NCBI GenBank assembly: GCA_028285585.1
Contig: JANQOU010000002.1
Coordinates: 203,263-267,262, forward strand
Source of the DNA: Acidimicrobiia bacterium
Lineage (GTDB): Bacteria > Actinomycetota > Acidimicrobiia > Spongiisociales > ZC4RG35
DNA: 64,000 nt
Direction of reading: 5' to 3'
This document shows, in pieces, positions 49,334-59,213 of the stretch; the stretch's first letter is position 1; each line of letters begins with the position of its first letter. The translations under genes and the position numbers were made by a program. The notes under the pieces were generated by a model. The model saw nothing but the letters and a program-made list of their open reading frames with translations. It made no database searches and was not told the DNA's origin.

Positions 49334-49408
49334 TGGGCCCTGCAGGATTTGAACCTGCAACCAACGGATTATGAGTCCGCTGCTCTGACCAGATTGAGCT
49401 AAGGGCCC
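49334..49408 (-). tRNA. tRNA with a CAT anticodon (elongator Met or Ile2-lysidine type; initiator features absent)
   Basis: Acceptor GGGCCCT/AGGGCCC, anticodon loop CTCATAA, T-arm GCAGGTTCAAATCCTGC. The 1:72 pair is G-C. Confidence 0.85.
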
Positions 49409-49572
49409 GCTCCCCTGACGTTATTGCCCCACTGACCCGTTGACCAAGTGTCTCCGCCCGAGATCGGGCGAACGGCGAATGGACCTCAATCCGACAAAGT
49501 CACCCACCGAGACCACACGCGACGCCAGTGGTTGATAGGTTCGCATCGTCCATTCGCGAAGGAAAGGGACCT

Positions 49573-50073
49573 ATGCAAGTCTCGATGACCGTCAACGGGC
49601 GGGATGTATCGGCAGACGTAGAGCCCCGGACGCTTCTGGTCCACTTCATCAGGGAAGAGCTTCGCCTCACCGGCACCCACGTCGGGTGCGAGACCGGTTA
49701 CTGCGGAGCCTGCACCGTGCATGTCGATGGCAAGCCCATCAAGAGCTGCACGATGCTCGCCGTCCAGGCCGACGGCGCCACCGTCACCACCATCGAGGGC
49801 ATGGCCTCCAACGGTGAGCTTCACCCTGTGCAAGAAGGGTTCTGGGAGCGGCACGGGCTCCAGTGCGGATTCTGCACACCCGGCATGATCATGTCGGCAG
49901 CAGCGCTCCTCGAGGAGAACGAGAACCCCTCAGAAGACGAGATCCGCCACGGCATCGAGGGCAACCTCTGCCGCTGCACCGGCTATCACAACATCGTGCG
50001 CGCCGTCGAGTACGCCGGAGCGAAGATGCGTGGCGAAGAGCCGCCGGCTCCCGACTGGGAAGGTGGCGACTGA
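49573..50073 (+). CDS. coxS: (2Fe-2S)-binding small subunit of a molybdenum hydroxylase (CoxS/CutS-like)
   Basis: [11 protein letters not shown] and CGFCTPGM...CRCTGY cysteine clusters. Confidence 0.9.
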   Translation: MQVSMTVNGRDVSADVEPRTLLVHFIREELRLTGTHVGCETGYCGACTVHVDGKPIKSCTMLAVQADGATVTTIEGMASNGELHPVQEGFWERHGLQCGFCTPGMIMSAAALLEENENPSEDEIRHGIEGNLCRCTGYHNIVRAVEYAGAKMRGEEPPAPDWEGGD

Positions 50074-52454
50074 TGGCTATGACCACAAGTGCTCTGGGCG
50101 GGAGCGTCCGCAGACGTGAGGACCCCGCCCTGATCCAAGGCTCCGGGCTCTACACCGACGACTACACGCCTCACGGCACTTCGTACGTCGCCTTTGCCCG
50201 CAGTCCCCTGGCTCACGCCAAGATCAACTCGATCGACACCAGCGCGGCGCAGGCTGCCGACGGTGTGGTGGCCGTCTACACCCATGACGATGTCGCACAT
50301 CTCGGCGATCTCCTGGCACAGGTGGTTGTCGCCAAAGGCCGGCCGCTGCTGGCGAACGGCGAGGTCAACCATGTCGGAGAAGCCGTGGCCATGGTTGTCG
50401 CCGAGAGCGTCGCGCAGGCAAAAGACGCGGCCGACATGATCGATGTCGACTACGACCCGCTTCCAGCGGTCATCGACCTGAAAGAAGCCCTGGCGAGTGA
50501 CAACCTCGTTCACGCCGACCTCGAGTCGAACGTGATCGTCCCCTGGGAAGCCGGTCCCTTCGGCGACGAGGAAGCAATTGCTGCCACGAAGCAGACGATC
50601 GCCGACGCCAAGGCCAGAGACGACACGGTCACGGTCTCAGTGGAGGCGGTGAACCAGAAGTTGATTCCGGTGCCGATCGAGCCACGATCGGTCGTCGCTG
50701 AGTGGAACGGCGGCTACGGCAGGTTCCGTGTCCACTCCAGCAGCCAGGTGCCTCATGCCCTGATGGGTGCGATCAAGACCACATTCGGGCTCAACGCCAA
50801 CGACGTGCACGTCACCGCACCAGAAGTCGGAGGCGGGTTCGGAGTGAAGCTCAACGTCTACAACGACGAGATCCTCTGCTGCTTCGCAGCCCAACAGTTG
50901 GGAAGGCCCGTCAAGTGGACCGAGACCAGACGCGAAGCGCCTGGATCCTCCATCCAGGGACGGGGATGGGTGGGCACAGCCACCGTCACCGGGACCAAAG
51001 ACGGTGAGATCCTCGGCTACGAGCTGGACGCCATTGCCGACATGGGTGCCTACGAGCAGAACTTCACTGCGGCGATCCCCTTCCTCGGGTTGTTCGTCGG
51101 CTCGGGCCAGTACAAGTTCCCTACGCATTGGAAGGCGACATGTGTGTTCACGAACACCATGACCACCGACGCCTACCGGGGAGCCGGTCGGCCGGAGGCC
51201 GCCTACTACCTGGAACGAGTCATTGACGCATACGCCCGGGAGATCGAAGTTGACCCGGTCCAAGTTCGGCTGAAGAACTTCTTCGAGCCGTTCGACGAGG
51301 CGGTGGTCTCCCCTATCGGGTTCGCCATCGACACCGGTGACTACGGCAACAACCTCGAGAAGCTCGTCGAGGTCTCCGGTTACGAGGACCTCAAGGCAGA
51401 GCGGGATGCGGCAAGGGCTGAGGGCCGTCACGTCGGCATCGGCATCACCACCTACTGCGAGGTTTGTGGGTTCGCCCCGACAGCTCTCTCCGAGCTTGGG
51501 TTCTCGTGGGCCACGTACGGCCTGCCGGCCGGGTTCTACGGGACCAGCCTGGTCCGGATCAACCCGGATGCATCGGTCACGGTGATCACCGGCACCGGCC
51601 CCAGCGGCCAGGGGCACCAGACCACTTGGGCTCAGCTGGTATCGGACCGATTGGGAATCCCCACCGAGCGGATTCGCGTCATCCATGGCGACACCGAAGA
51701 GTCGCCCATGGGCATCGGCACCTTCGGCAGCCGCTCACTGGCAGTCGATGGCTCCGCCACGTACGACGCGGCGGAGCGGGTAGCCGCGAAGGCAAAGAAC
51801 ATCGCGGCACACCTTCTCGAAGCTTCGGCCGACGACATCGAGCTGGATGCCGACGGAGCATCGGTAGCCGGATCGCCGGACAGCAGCGTCGACTGGGGCG
51901 AGATCGCCTCAGCCGCCTACCTGCCGTACCGGCTGGGCGAGACCGAGATCGAAGGCGGCCTGGAGTCGCATGTCATCTTCGACGCACCCAACGCCACCTG
52001 GCCCTTCGGCGCTCACCTGGCGATGGTCGAGGTCGACGGTGAGACCGGCGACGTCAAGATCCTGAAGTACATGACGGTGGATGACTGCGGAAACGTCGTC
52101 AACCCGATGATCGTGGCCGGACAGGTCCACGGCGGTGTCACCCAAGGGATCGGCCAGGCCTTGTTCGAAGAGTCGATCTACGACGAGAGCGGCAACCTGC
52201 TCACAGGGTCTCTGCTCGACTACCCGATCCCGGCTGCGGCCGACCTGCCGATGTTCGAGACCAGCCACACGGTCACACCTACGAACATCAACTCGATCGG
52301 TGCCAAGGGCATCGGTGAGGCGGGAACGATCGGATCGGCGCAGACCATCGTCAACGCGGTGGTCGACGCCCTCGAGTCGCTCGGCGTGAAGCACATCGAC
52401 ATGCCGCTGAGGCCAAAACGGGTTTGGGCCGCGATGCAGGAAGCGAGGGGTTGA
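50073..52454 (+). CDS. coxL: Molybdopterin-binding large subunit, form-II CoxL-like (xanthine dehydrogenase family)
   Basis: The active-site loop reads AYRGAGR (form II), not AYXCSFR (form I). The ATG overlaps the coxS stop (TGATG). The gene order is S-L-M. Confidence 0.9.
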   Translation: MAMTTSALGGSVRRREDPALIQGSGLYTDDYTPHGTSYVAFARSPLAHAKINSIDTSAAQAADGVVAVYTHDDVAHLGDLLAQVVVAKGRPLLANGEVNHVGEAVAMVVAESVAQAKDAADMIDVDYDPLPAVIDLKEALASDNLVHADLESNVIVPWEAGPFGDEEAIAATKQTIADAKARDDTVTVSVEAVNQKLIPVPIEPRSVVAEWNGGYGRFRVHSSSQVPHALMGAIKTTFGLNANDVHVTAPEVGGGFGVKLNVYNDEILCCFAAQQLGRPVKWTETRREAPGSSIQGRGWVGTATVTGTKDGEILGYELDAIADMGAYEQNFTAAIPFLGLFVGSGQYKFPTHWKATCVFTNTMTTDAYRGAGRPEAAYYLERVIDAYAREIEVDPVQVRLKNFFEPFDEAVVSPIGFAIDTGDYGNNLEKLVEVSGYEDLKAERDAARAEGRHVGIGITTYCEVCGFAPTALSELGFSWATYGLPAGFYGTSLVRINPDASVTVITGTGPSGQGHQTTWAQLVSDRLGIPTERIRVIHGDTEESPMGIGTFGSRSLAVDGSATYDAAERVAAKAKNIAAHLLEASADDIELDADGASVAGSPDSSVDWGEIASAAYLPYRLGETEIEGGLESHVIFDAPNATWPFGAHLAMVEVDGETGDVKILKYMTVDDCGNVVNPMIVAGQVHGGVTQGIGQALFEESIYDESGNLLTGSLLDYPIPAAADLPMFETSHTVTPTNINSIGAKGIGEAGTIGSAQTIVNAVVDALESLGVKHIDMPLRPKRVWAAMQEARG

Positions 52455-52455
52455 C

Positions 52456-53304
52456 ATGTACCCGAGGCAATTCGACTACGTAGCACCCGGCTCACTCGAC
52501 GAAGCATTCGGGGCGCTCGGCGACACCTCCAAGGTGATGGCGGGCGGCATGAGCCTCATCCCCCTGATGAAGATGCGACTCTTCTCGCCGGGAACGGTGG
52601 TGGACATCGGCCGCATCGGCGGGCTCGACACCATCGACGACCACGGAGACCACATCTCGATCGGGGCTCTTGTCCGGCACGCCGAGACGGCTTCCAGCGG
52701 CGCCGTCCCCACGGCTCTGGCCACAGCGGCCTCGCTCACGGGAGACGTGCAGGTCCGCAATCGGGGCACCACATGTGGTGCTCTGGCCCACGCCGACGTC
52801 GCTGCCGATCAGCCCGCAGGCGCTCTCGCCTGTGGAGCGGTCATGGTTGCCCAGTCGGCCAGCGGCACTCGTGAGATCCCGGCTTCGGAGTTCTTCGTGG
52901 ATGCGCTGACATCAGCGCTTCACCACGACGAGATACTGACGTCGGTCAAGATCCCCAAAGCGGGCGACGGAGAAGGCTCGGCTTACGACAAGCTGGGTCG
53001 TCGCGGCGGCCGCTCGGACTACGCCGTGGCCGGTGCAGCCGCTTGGGTGAAGAAGTCAAATGGCTCTATCGAGGCTGCCCGTGTCGCGCTGACCGGGGTA
53101 GGCACTAAGCCACAGCTCGCCGACGGGGTTGCTGAAGCTCTAGTGGGCACCGACGGCTCCGACGGGGCTGTCGAGGCAGCTGCCGACCGAGCACTCGAAG
53201 GGGTGACCGTCCTCGAGGATCTGTATGGATCCGAGGAGTACAAGAGCCACCTGGCAAAGGTCTACGTCACCAGGGCTGTGAAGCAAGCGCTGGCGAACAT
53301 CTGA
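52456..53304 (+). CDS. coxM: FAD-binding medium subunit (CoxM/CutM-like)
   Basis: VMAGGMSLIPLMK and the FAD-binding PCMH fold motifs. Confidence 0.9.
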   Translation: MYPRQFDYVAPGSLDEAFGALGDTSKVMAGGMSLIPLMKMRLFSPGTVVDIGRIGGLDTIDDHGDHISIGALVRHAETASSGAVPTALATAASLTGDVQVRNRGTTCGALAHADVAADQPAGALACGAVMVAQSASGTREIPASEFFVDALTSALHHDEILTSVKIPKAGDGEGSAYDKLGRRGGRSDYAVAGAAAWVKKSNGSIEAARVALTGVGTKPQLADGVAEALVGTDGSDGAVEAAADRALEGVTVLEDLYGSEEYKSHLAKVYVTRAVKQALANI

Positions 53305-53369
53305 CCGACCAACGGACGACGGACGAGTAGCCCGCTCTCAGCGGGCTACTCACGTTTTAAGGTGCCCCA

Positions 53370-53636
53370 ATGACCAACCGGAGCTGCTCTCATTTCGAGA
53401 CGCTGGAGTCGGTTACCGACCCGACATCAACAGTCTGCGATCAATGTGTTGCCTCGGGTGACGTCTGGGCCCACTTGAGAGCTTGCCTGCTCTGCGGCAG
53501 CGTCGGCTGCTGCGACAACTCCAAGAACCGTCATGCCCGCCGCCACTGGGAAGACCACCGGCACCCTCTGATCCAGTCGATCGAGCCGGGTGAGACCTGG
53601 CGATACTGCTTCGAAGACCAGTACCTGGTGAAGTGA
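53370..53636 (+). CDS. UBP-type zinc-finger protein
   Basis: CSHF...C..C......W.CL.CG.VGCC......H...H is the zf-UBP pattern. The stop overlaps the next start (ATGA). Confidence 0.75.
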   Translation: MTNRSCSHFETLESVTDPTSTVCDQCVASGDVWAHLRACLLCGSVGCCDNSKNRHARRHWEDHRHPLIQSIEPGETWRYCFEDQYLVK

Positions 53637-55288
53637 GCGAGAAGAAACCGATCATCCTCGCCGTCGACGACGAGCCCGAGGTGCTGCGTGCCGTGCAGCG
53701 AGACCTCAGGTCGAACTACGCCGCCGACTACCGAATCGTCGCCGCGATCGGTGGGCAAGAGGCCATCGACACCCTCGACGAGCTGGCCCTCAAGGACGAG
53801 CCCGTGGCGCTGATCGTGGCGGACCAGCGCATGCCCGGGGTAACCGGCGTCGAAGTCCTCTCCCGGTCCTTGAGCTACTACCCGAACGCGAAGCGGACAC
53901 TGCTCACCGCCTATGCCGACACCGAAGCCGCCATCAGCGCCATCAACGACGTAGGGCTCGACCACTACATCATGAAGCCGTGGGACCCGCCCGATCAGAA
54001 GCTGTTTCCCATTCTTGACGACCTGCTCTCCGATTGGCAGGCCGGCTACCGGCCTACGTTCACGGGCCTCCGAATCATCAGCCAGGAGTGGTCCCGTGAG
54101 GCCTTCGAGTTGAAAGCGTTCCTGGCCATGAACCAGATCCCATACAAGTCGTTGACTCTCCGAAAGGATGCAGAGGCCGAAGTCCTGATGGAATCGGCAG
54201 GCGCCGCGATCTCGGACCTCCCTTTGGTCTTGCTCACCGATGACTCCCCGATCAAAAGCCCGTCGACCGACCAACTGGCGGGCGCCATCGGCCTCAAGAG
54301 CCACGCCTCCGAGCCTGCTTACGACCTGGCGATAGTCGGCGCCGGGCCGGCAGGCCTCGCTGCTGCGGTGTATGGAGCATCCGAGGGCCTGAGCACCATC
54401 CTCATCGAGGCTTCAGCTCCCGGCGGGCAGGCGGCGCAATCGACTCTCATCGAGAACTACCTCGGCTTTCCAAAGGGGATCAGTGGTGCAGACTTGGCAC
54501 GACGCGCCCACAGTCAGGCGACCCGCCTGGGTGCCGAAATCGTGGTGCCGGCGACTGTGCGCTCGGTGGAACGAAAAGATCCCTTTCGCATCCTGCACAT
54601 GGCTGACGGATCCACGATCACCGCCAAAGCACTGGTGATCTGCAGCGGTGTCGAGTATCGCAAGCTGGAAGCAGAGGGCCTGGACCGGCTGAAAGGAGCC
54701 GGGGTCTACTACGGCACCTCAAACATCGAAGCCACGTCACACCGCGACTCTCCCATGTACGTCGTCGGTGGCGGCAACTCGGCGGGACAGGCAGCTCTCT
54801 TCCTCAGTCGCTTCACCGACTCGGTCACCATCGTCATCCGTCGAAGCGACCTCTCCGAGACGATGTCGCAGTATCTCATCGACAACATCGCGGACAACCC
54901 CGCTTTGACCGTTCTTCCACGGCACGAAGTGGTGGAGGCGAGAGGAGACACCCACCTCGAGTCGATCAACCTCAAGAACCTGGACACGAATGAGGCGACC
55001 GACGCAACGGCGGGAGCGATGTTCATATTCGTCGGTCAAAGGGCTCACACGGACTGGCTGGGCGACCTGGTGGACCTGGATGATGGTGGGTTCGTTCTGG
55101 CCGGCAGTGATCTCGGCTCACTGGCCGGTTGGAACGTGGACCGGGACCCGCTGCCCCTGGAGACTTCGGTCCCTGGCGTGTTCGTGGCCGGCGATGTTCG
55201 TCACGGATCGATCCGCCGGGTGGCCGGAGCCACCGGCGAGGGTGCGACGGCGATTCGATTCGTTCATCAACATCTGGCTTCTCTGTGA
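53633..55288 (+). CDS. Fused response-regulator receiver plus thioredoxin-reductase-like flavoprotein that lacks the CxxC redox centre
   Basis: REC: ILAVDDEP...DQRMPGVTG. FAD/NAD(P) Rossmann motifs DLAIVGAGPAGLAAA and VVGGGNSAGQAALFL. The TrxR CATC position reads GTSN. Confidence 0.8.
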   Translation: MSEKKPIILAVDDEPEVLRAVQRDLRSNYAADYRIVAAIGGQEAIDTLDELALKDEPVALIVADQRMPGVTGVEVLSRSLSYYPNAKRTLLTAYADTEAAISAINDVGLDHYIMKPWDPPDQKLFPILDDLLSDWQAGYRPTFTGLRIISQEWSREAFELKAFLAMNQIPYKSLTLRKDAEAEVLMESAGAAISDLPLVLLTDDSPIKSPSTDQLAGAIGLKSHASEPAYDLAIVGAGPAGLAAAVYGASEGLSTILIEASAPGGQAAQSTLIENYLGFPKGISGADLARRAHSQATRLGAEIVVPATVRSVERKDPFRILHMADGSTITAKALVICSGVEYRKLEAEGLDRLKGAGVYYGTSNIEATSHRDSPMYVVGGGNSAGQAALFLSRFTDSVTIVIRRSDLSETMSQYLIDNIADNPALTVLPRHEVVEARGDTHLESINLKNLDTNEATDATAGAMFIFVGQRAHTDWLGDLVDLDDGGFVLAGSDLGSLAGWNVDRDPLPLETSVPGVFVAGDVRHGSIRRVAGATGEGATAIRFVHQHLASL

Positions 55289-56631
55289 CTTCAGTCGAGA
55301 GCCTGCGAAACCTCCCCTACTTCGAGGATCTCCCTGACGAGCTTCTGAAGCGGGTGGCAGAGGTCTCGGAGATGCTCGAGCTCGAAGCCGATCGCGTCAT
55401 CATCGAGGAGGGCAGTGAGAGCGAAGAGATGTATGTCGTCGTCGAAGGCGAGCTGGTTGTCACCAAGCGAACCGGCGACAAAGAGGTCACTCTCGCCGTC
55501 TTGAGCCCGGGTGAAGTTGTCGGTGAGATCGCCTTGCTGGACGAAGCACCCCGCACCGCGACCGTGACGACAACCGTGCCCTCGACGGTGCTTCGGGTCC
55601 CTGCGGCAGCCTTCGGCGAGCTCTTGTCAGATGCCCAAGTGGTGCGACGCATGTTTCGGACTGTCACTTCCCGTTTGCGAGGCATCGAGAACACCCTGCG
55701 TCATGAGGAGCGAATGTCGGCGTTGGGAAAGATGGCGGCCCAGTTGATGCACGAGCTGAACAACCCGGCGGCTGCGGTGGGTCGAAGCAGCGGCGAGCTG
55801 GAAAGGGTCTACGACCTGCTCTCCGAAGAGGCAGCAGTGCTGGCCCAGTCGGTGGGTGGCGGCGTCGAAGTCGAAGCACCTGAACCACCCGAACTGAGCC
55901 CTCTCGAGATGAGTGAGCTAGAGAACACCATGGCGGATTATCTCGAGGATGCTGCAGTTCCTGACCCTTGGGATCTGGCACCGGGACTCGTCGCCGCTGG
56001 TTGGCAACCCGAGATTCTTCAATCGAGCCTTTCAGGCACGGAAGAAGAGCTGAGACCACACCTGCTTCGCTGGATCGGGCTCCGGGCCACCGCGGGCCAG
56101 CTGATCAACGAGATATCAATGGCGGCAGGGCGGGTCTCGGAGCTGGTCAGAGTGATCAAGGAGTACTCCTACCTGGATCAGGCGCCGGTTCAGGAGGTCA
56201 GCATCGCCGACGGAATCAGAGACACGCTCACCTTGCTGAAACACAAGTTGAAGCATGTGTCGGTGACAACCAGCTTCCCTGACGACCTGAACCGAGTCGA
56301 GGTCCCTGGCCGGGACTTGAACCAGGTGTGGACCAATCTGATCGACAACGCCGCTGACGCACTAAGCGACGGTGACACCCTGACCATCACCGCTCGCAAT
56401 GAGGGCGATGGAGTCGTCGTGGAGGTCGCCGACTCTGGATCCGGGATCCCCGACGACATCATCGACCGGGTGTTTGATCCTTTCTTCACCACGAAGGAGC
56501 CTGGGAAGGGAACAGGTCTCGGCCTTCACACCGTGCACACGATCGTGAGCCGCATGGGCGGCGACATTCGAGTCTCCAGTTCGTCTTCAGGCACCATCTT
56601 CACAGTGCAGGTGCCTGCTCGGGCCGGCTAA
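55285..56631 (+). CDS. Cyclic-nucleotide-binding-domain sensor histidine kinase
   Basis: cNMP domain ([18 protein letters not shown]...[11 protein letters not shown]), H-box [12 protein letters not shown], HATPase DSGSGIPDD...GKGTGLGL. The GTG start overlaps the upstream stop. Confidence 0.8.
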   Translation: MTSVESLRNLPYFEDLPDELLKRVAEVSEMLELEADRVIIEEGSESEEMYVVVEGELVVTKRTGDKEVTLAVLSPGEVVGEIALLDEAPRTATVTTTVPSTVLRVPAAAFGELLSDAQVVRRMFRTVTSRLRGIENTLRHEERMSALGKMAAQLMHELNNPAAAVGRSSGELERVYDLLSEEAAVLAQSVGGGVEVEAPEPPELSPLEMSELENTMADYLEDAAVPDPWDLAPGLVAAGWQPEILQSSLSGTEEELRPHLLRWIGLRATAGQLINEISMAAGRVSELVRVIKEYSYLDQAPVQEVSIADGIRDTLTLLKHKLKHVSVTTSFPDDLNRVEVPGRDLNQVWTNLIDNAADALSDGDTLTITARNEGDGVVVEVADSGSGIPDDIIDRVFDPFFTTKEPGKGTGLGLHTVHTIVSRMGGDIRVSSSSSGTIFTVQVPARAG

Positions 56632-57641
56632 GGCCTCCTGAACGCCGAGGCGGCCTTGGCCACCAACACGTCACAAGGCGCCTGAGAGACCAGGCCTTCG
56701 GCCACCGTGCCCAGCAAGACCATCCTCGTGGCCGTCGCCCCCCGATTGGCCACAACCACGAGGTCGGCGTTGCGACGTCTCACTACCTCATCGATCGCCT
56801 CGGTGGGCGGGCCGTCAGCGATCATCGTCCTCACGGTGCCGTTCCATTGCTGCGAGAACTCCGCCATCCGGTCACCCGCTGCCTCGAGCCGGGTTCCTCT
56901 GGACGCATCCACTTCCTCCTGGAACAACCCCGCCTCGGACATGACAGGGTCGAAACGGGATGGCAGGGAGTAGAGCGCGGTCAGATCGGCTTCTGGGAAC
57001 ATCTCCAACGACCTGTCGACAGCTGTTCTTGATGCCTCCGAGAAGTCGACCGCAGCAACAACCCGCCGATAGGGGACACGGGGCTGCCGCCTGACGATGA
57101 GCGTGTCTGTGTTGGACATGGTCGCTACTCGCCGTGCGACAGGACCGGCGGTGAACGCATCGAGTGTCGAGGATCCAACCACAACCAAGTCTGCCGTCTT
57201 AGCCCGTGACGCCAACTCCCAGGAGGGTGTTCCTTTCGGAACTTCGAGCGACACCGACGCCGATGACCGCTCGGCACACCAAGAGGCCAGCTTCTCTGCC
57301 TCCGCTTTCTGATGCTCTCTCATCAGCGAAGCGAGGCCAGGATCGATCATCGCCTCTGACATCGGCTCGAGAACATGGACCAGCGTGAGAGAAGCGTCCA
57401 GGGCCTCAGCGACGAGGCGGGCGCGGTCGGCCACGCGACGTCCCATGGCGGTCAGGTCAACGCCAGCTACAACTGCCCGCAATGCGCCGGTCCCAGAAGC
57501 ACGCGGCGACTCTAACCCCGTAGGTGCGGTCAGTGCCCCGGGAAGGGACTGGGAAGATCGATGTGATCCTCGAGCAGCTCCAGGTAGCGGTCCCGGCCCA
57601 CAGTCACGGAGCCCAGGGACTCGAGATGTGGCGTCTTCCAC
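56628..57641 (-). CDS. Tandem universal stress protein (2x UspA domain)
   Basis: Two Usp folds (AVVAGVDLT... and VVAAVDFSEAS...VVVANRG). The listed start overlaps the aat 3' end by 112 nt, so the start is uncertain. Confidence 0.7.
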   Translation of the reverse strand: MEDATSRVPGLRDCGPGPLPGAARGSHRSSQSLPGALTAPTGLESPRASGTGALRAVVAGVDLTAMGRRVADRARLVAEALDASLTLVHVLEPMSEAMIDPGLASLMREHQKAEAEKLASWCAERSSASVSLEVPKGTPSWELASRAKTADLVVVGSSTLDAFTAGPVARRVATMSNTDTLIVRRQPRVPYRRVVAAVDFSEASRTAVDRSLEMFPEADLTALYSLPSRFDPVMSEAGLFQEEVDASRGTRLEAAGDRMAEFSQQWNGTVRTMIADGPPTEAIDEVVRRRNADLVVVANRGATATRMVLLGTVAEGLVSQAPCDVLVAKAASAFRRP

Positions 57642-58189
57642 TGGACGTCCACCAGCCCGCCGTCACCCGAGCTCATGATCACCATCAGATGGAAGAGGGC
57701 TACCTTCGAGGCGTCGCGAGCCCGATGGAACATCGACTCACCTGCGAAGAGCCCACCGATGTTGACTCCGTACAGACCTCCCACCAACACCCCTTCGGAG
57801 TCCCACACTTCGATCGAGTGCGCCCAGCCCAGCTCGTGGAGTCCTGTGTAGGTCTCGATGAACTCGTCAGTGATCCATGTCCCGTCTCGCTCGGGCACTG
57901 CGCAGCTGACGATCACATCGCCAAACGCCTCGTCGACGGTCACCTGGAAACGACGAACCGACTGTCGCAGAGAACGGCTCACGTTCAAGCCGCCGAGAGG
58001 CAGGATGGCCCGCTCGACTGGCGACCACCAGCCGAGGTGCCCGTCTTCGAGTCCCATGGGGAACATCCCTTTTCTATAAGCCTGAAGGACAAGCCCAGGT
58101 GAGAGGTCTCCCCCCACAGCCACAACGTCACCTTCCGCCAGACGAGGGTCGGGCAGATCGAATATGGACGGGATCGGCTCCACCGGCAC
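57530..58189 (-). CDS. aat: Leucyl/phenylalanyl-tRNA--protein transferase
   Basis: GGLYGVNIGGLFAGESMF and WWSPVERAILPL are L/F-transferase signatures. Confidence 0.9.
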   Translation of the reverse strand: MPVEPIPSIFDLPDPRLAEGDVVAVGGDLSPGLVLQAYRKGMFPMGLEDGHLGWWSPVERAILPLGGLNVSRSLRQSVRRFQVTVDEAFGDVIVSCAVPERDGTWITDEFIETYTGLHELGWAHSIEVWDSEGVLVGGLYGVNIGGLFAGESMFHRARDASKVALFHLMVIMSSGDGGLVDVQWKTPHLESLGSVTVGRDRYLELLEDHIDLPSPFPGH

Positions 58190-58241
58190 GAGAAGATTCT
58201 GTCAGACCCGGCCGCGACAAGCCCGGCGTAGTCTCGCGACC

Positions 58242-59213
58242 ATGAAGGCGCTGATTTGTGACGACTACCAGGGCATCGACGCTCTGCGCGTAGGAGACTT
58301 GGTTGAACCGAAGCCCAAACCCGGCTGGTTGCTGGTGCAGGTGGAGTCGGTGGTTGTGAACTTTGCCGACACGTTGATGGTCGCAGGCCTCTATCAGACC
58401 CGACCGGATCCGCCATTCGCTCCCGGATACGAGATCGCAGGAACCGTTGTCGTGGCGAACCAGGCGGACGGATTCTCCCCCGGCGACCGTGTGTGCGCCT
58501 CCCACTGGCATGGTGGCATGGCCGAACGTGTTGCCGTCCCCTCCAAGAACGCAGCCATCCTCCCCGAGTCAATCGACAGTGACATCGGTGCTGCCATCCC
58601 GGCTACCTATGGGACGTCCTACCACGCGTTGGTAGACCGAGGTCGGCTTCAGCCCGAGGAGACGCTGCTGGTGCTCGGCGCTGCCGGCGGTGTGGGACTT
58701 GCCGCCGTTCAGATAGCAAAGGTTCTCGGCGCCACGGTGGTCGCGGCGGTGTCTAGCGAAGAGAAGGCAGAGGCCGTCCGGGCAGCTGGAGCGGACCACA
58801 TCATCCGCCACGACGAGACACCCTTGCGAGACGGCATAGCCGAAGCCACCGACGGCGAGGGTGTGGACGTGGTCTATGACCCGGTCGGAGGTGACAGCAC
58901 CGAGCTGGCCCTCCGATCCACCAAATGGAACGGGCGGGTTCTCGTCATAGGGTTCGCCGCCGGCCAGATCCCGAGCATCCCTCTCAACCTGCCCCTGGTG
59001 AAGGGCAACTCATTGGTCGGCGTGTTCTGGGGCCGGTTCACCGACGAAGAGCCGGAGAGGCTCAAAGAAAACACAGCCACCCTGATCTCATGGGTAGAAG
59101 AGGGGAAACTCACGCCTCGCATCCAGCGAAAGTTCTCTCTCGACGACGGGCGGGAGGCAATGCGCTGGGTGGCCGACCGGAAGGCGATCGGGCGCGTCGT
59201 GATCAACCCGTGA
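58242..59213 (+). CDS. NADPH:quinone oxidoreductase / zinc-free MDR-family alcohol dehydrogenase
   Basis: MKALICDDYQG..., LVLGAAGGVGLAAVQIAK. Confidence 0.85.
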   Translation: MKALICDDYQGIDALRVGDLVEPKPKPGWLLVQVESVVVNFADTLMVAGLYQTRPDPPFAPGYEIAGTVVVANQADGFSPGDRVCASHWHGGMAERVAVPSKNAAILPESIDSDIGAAIPATYGTSYHALVDRGRLQPEETLLVLGAAGGVGLAAVQIAKVLGATVVAAVSSEEKAEAVRAAGADHIIRHDETPLRDGIAEATDGEGVDVVYDPVGGDSTELALRSTKWNGRVLVIGFAAGQIPSIPLNLPLVKGNSLVGVFWGRFTDEEPERLKENTATLISWVEEGKLTPRIQRKFSLDDGREAMRWVADRKAIGRVVINP

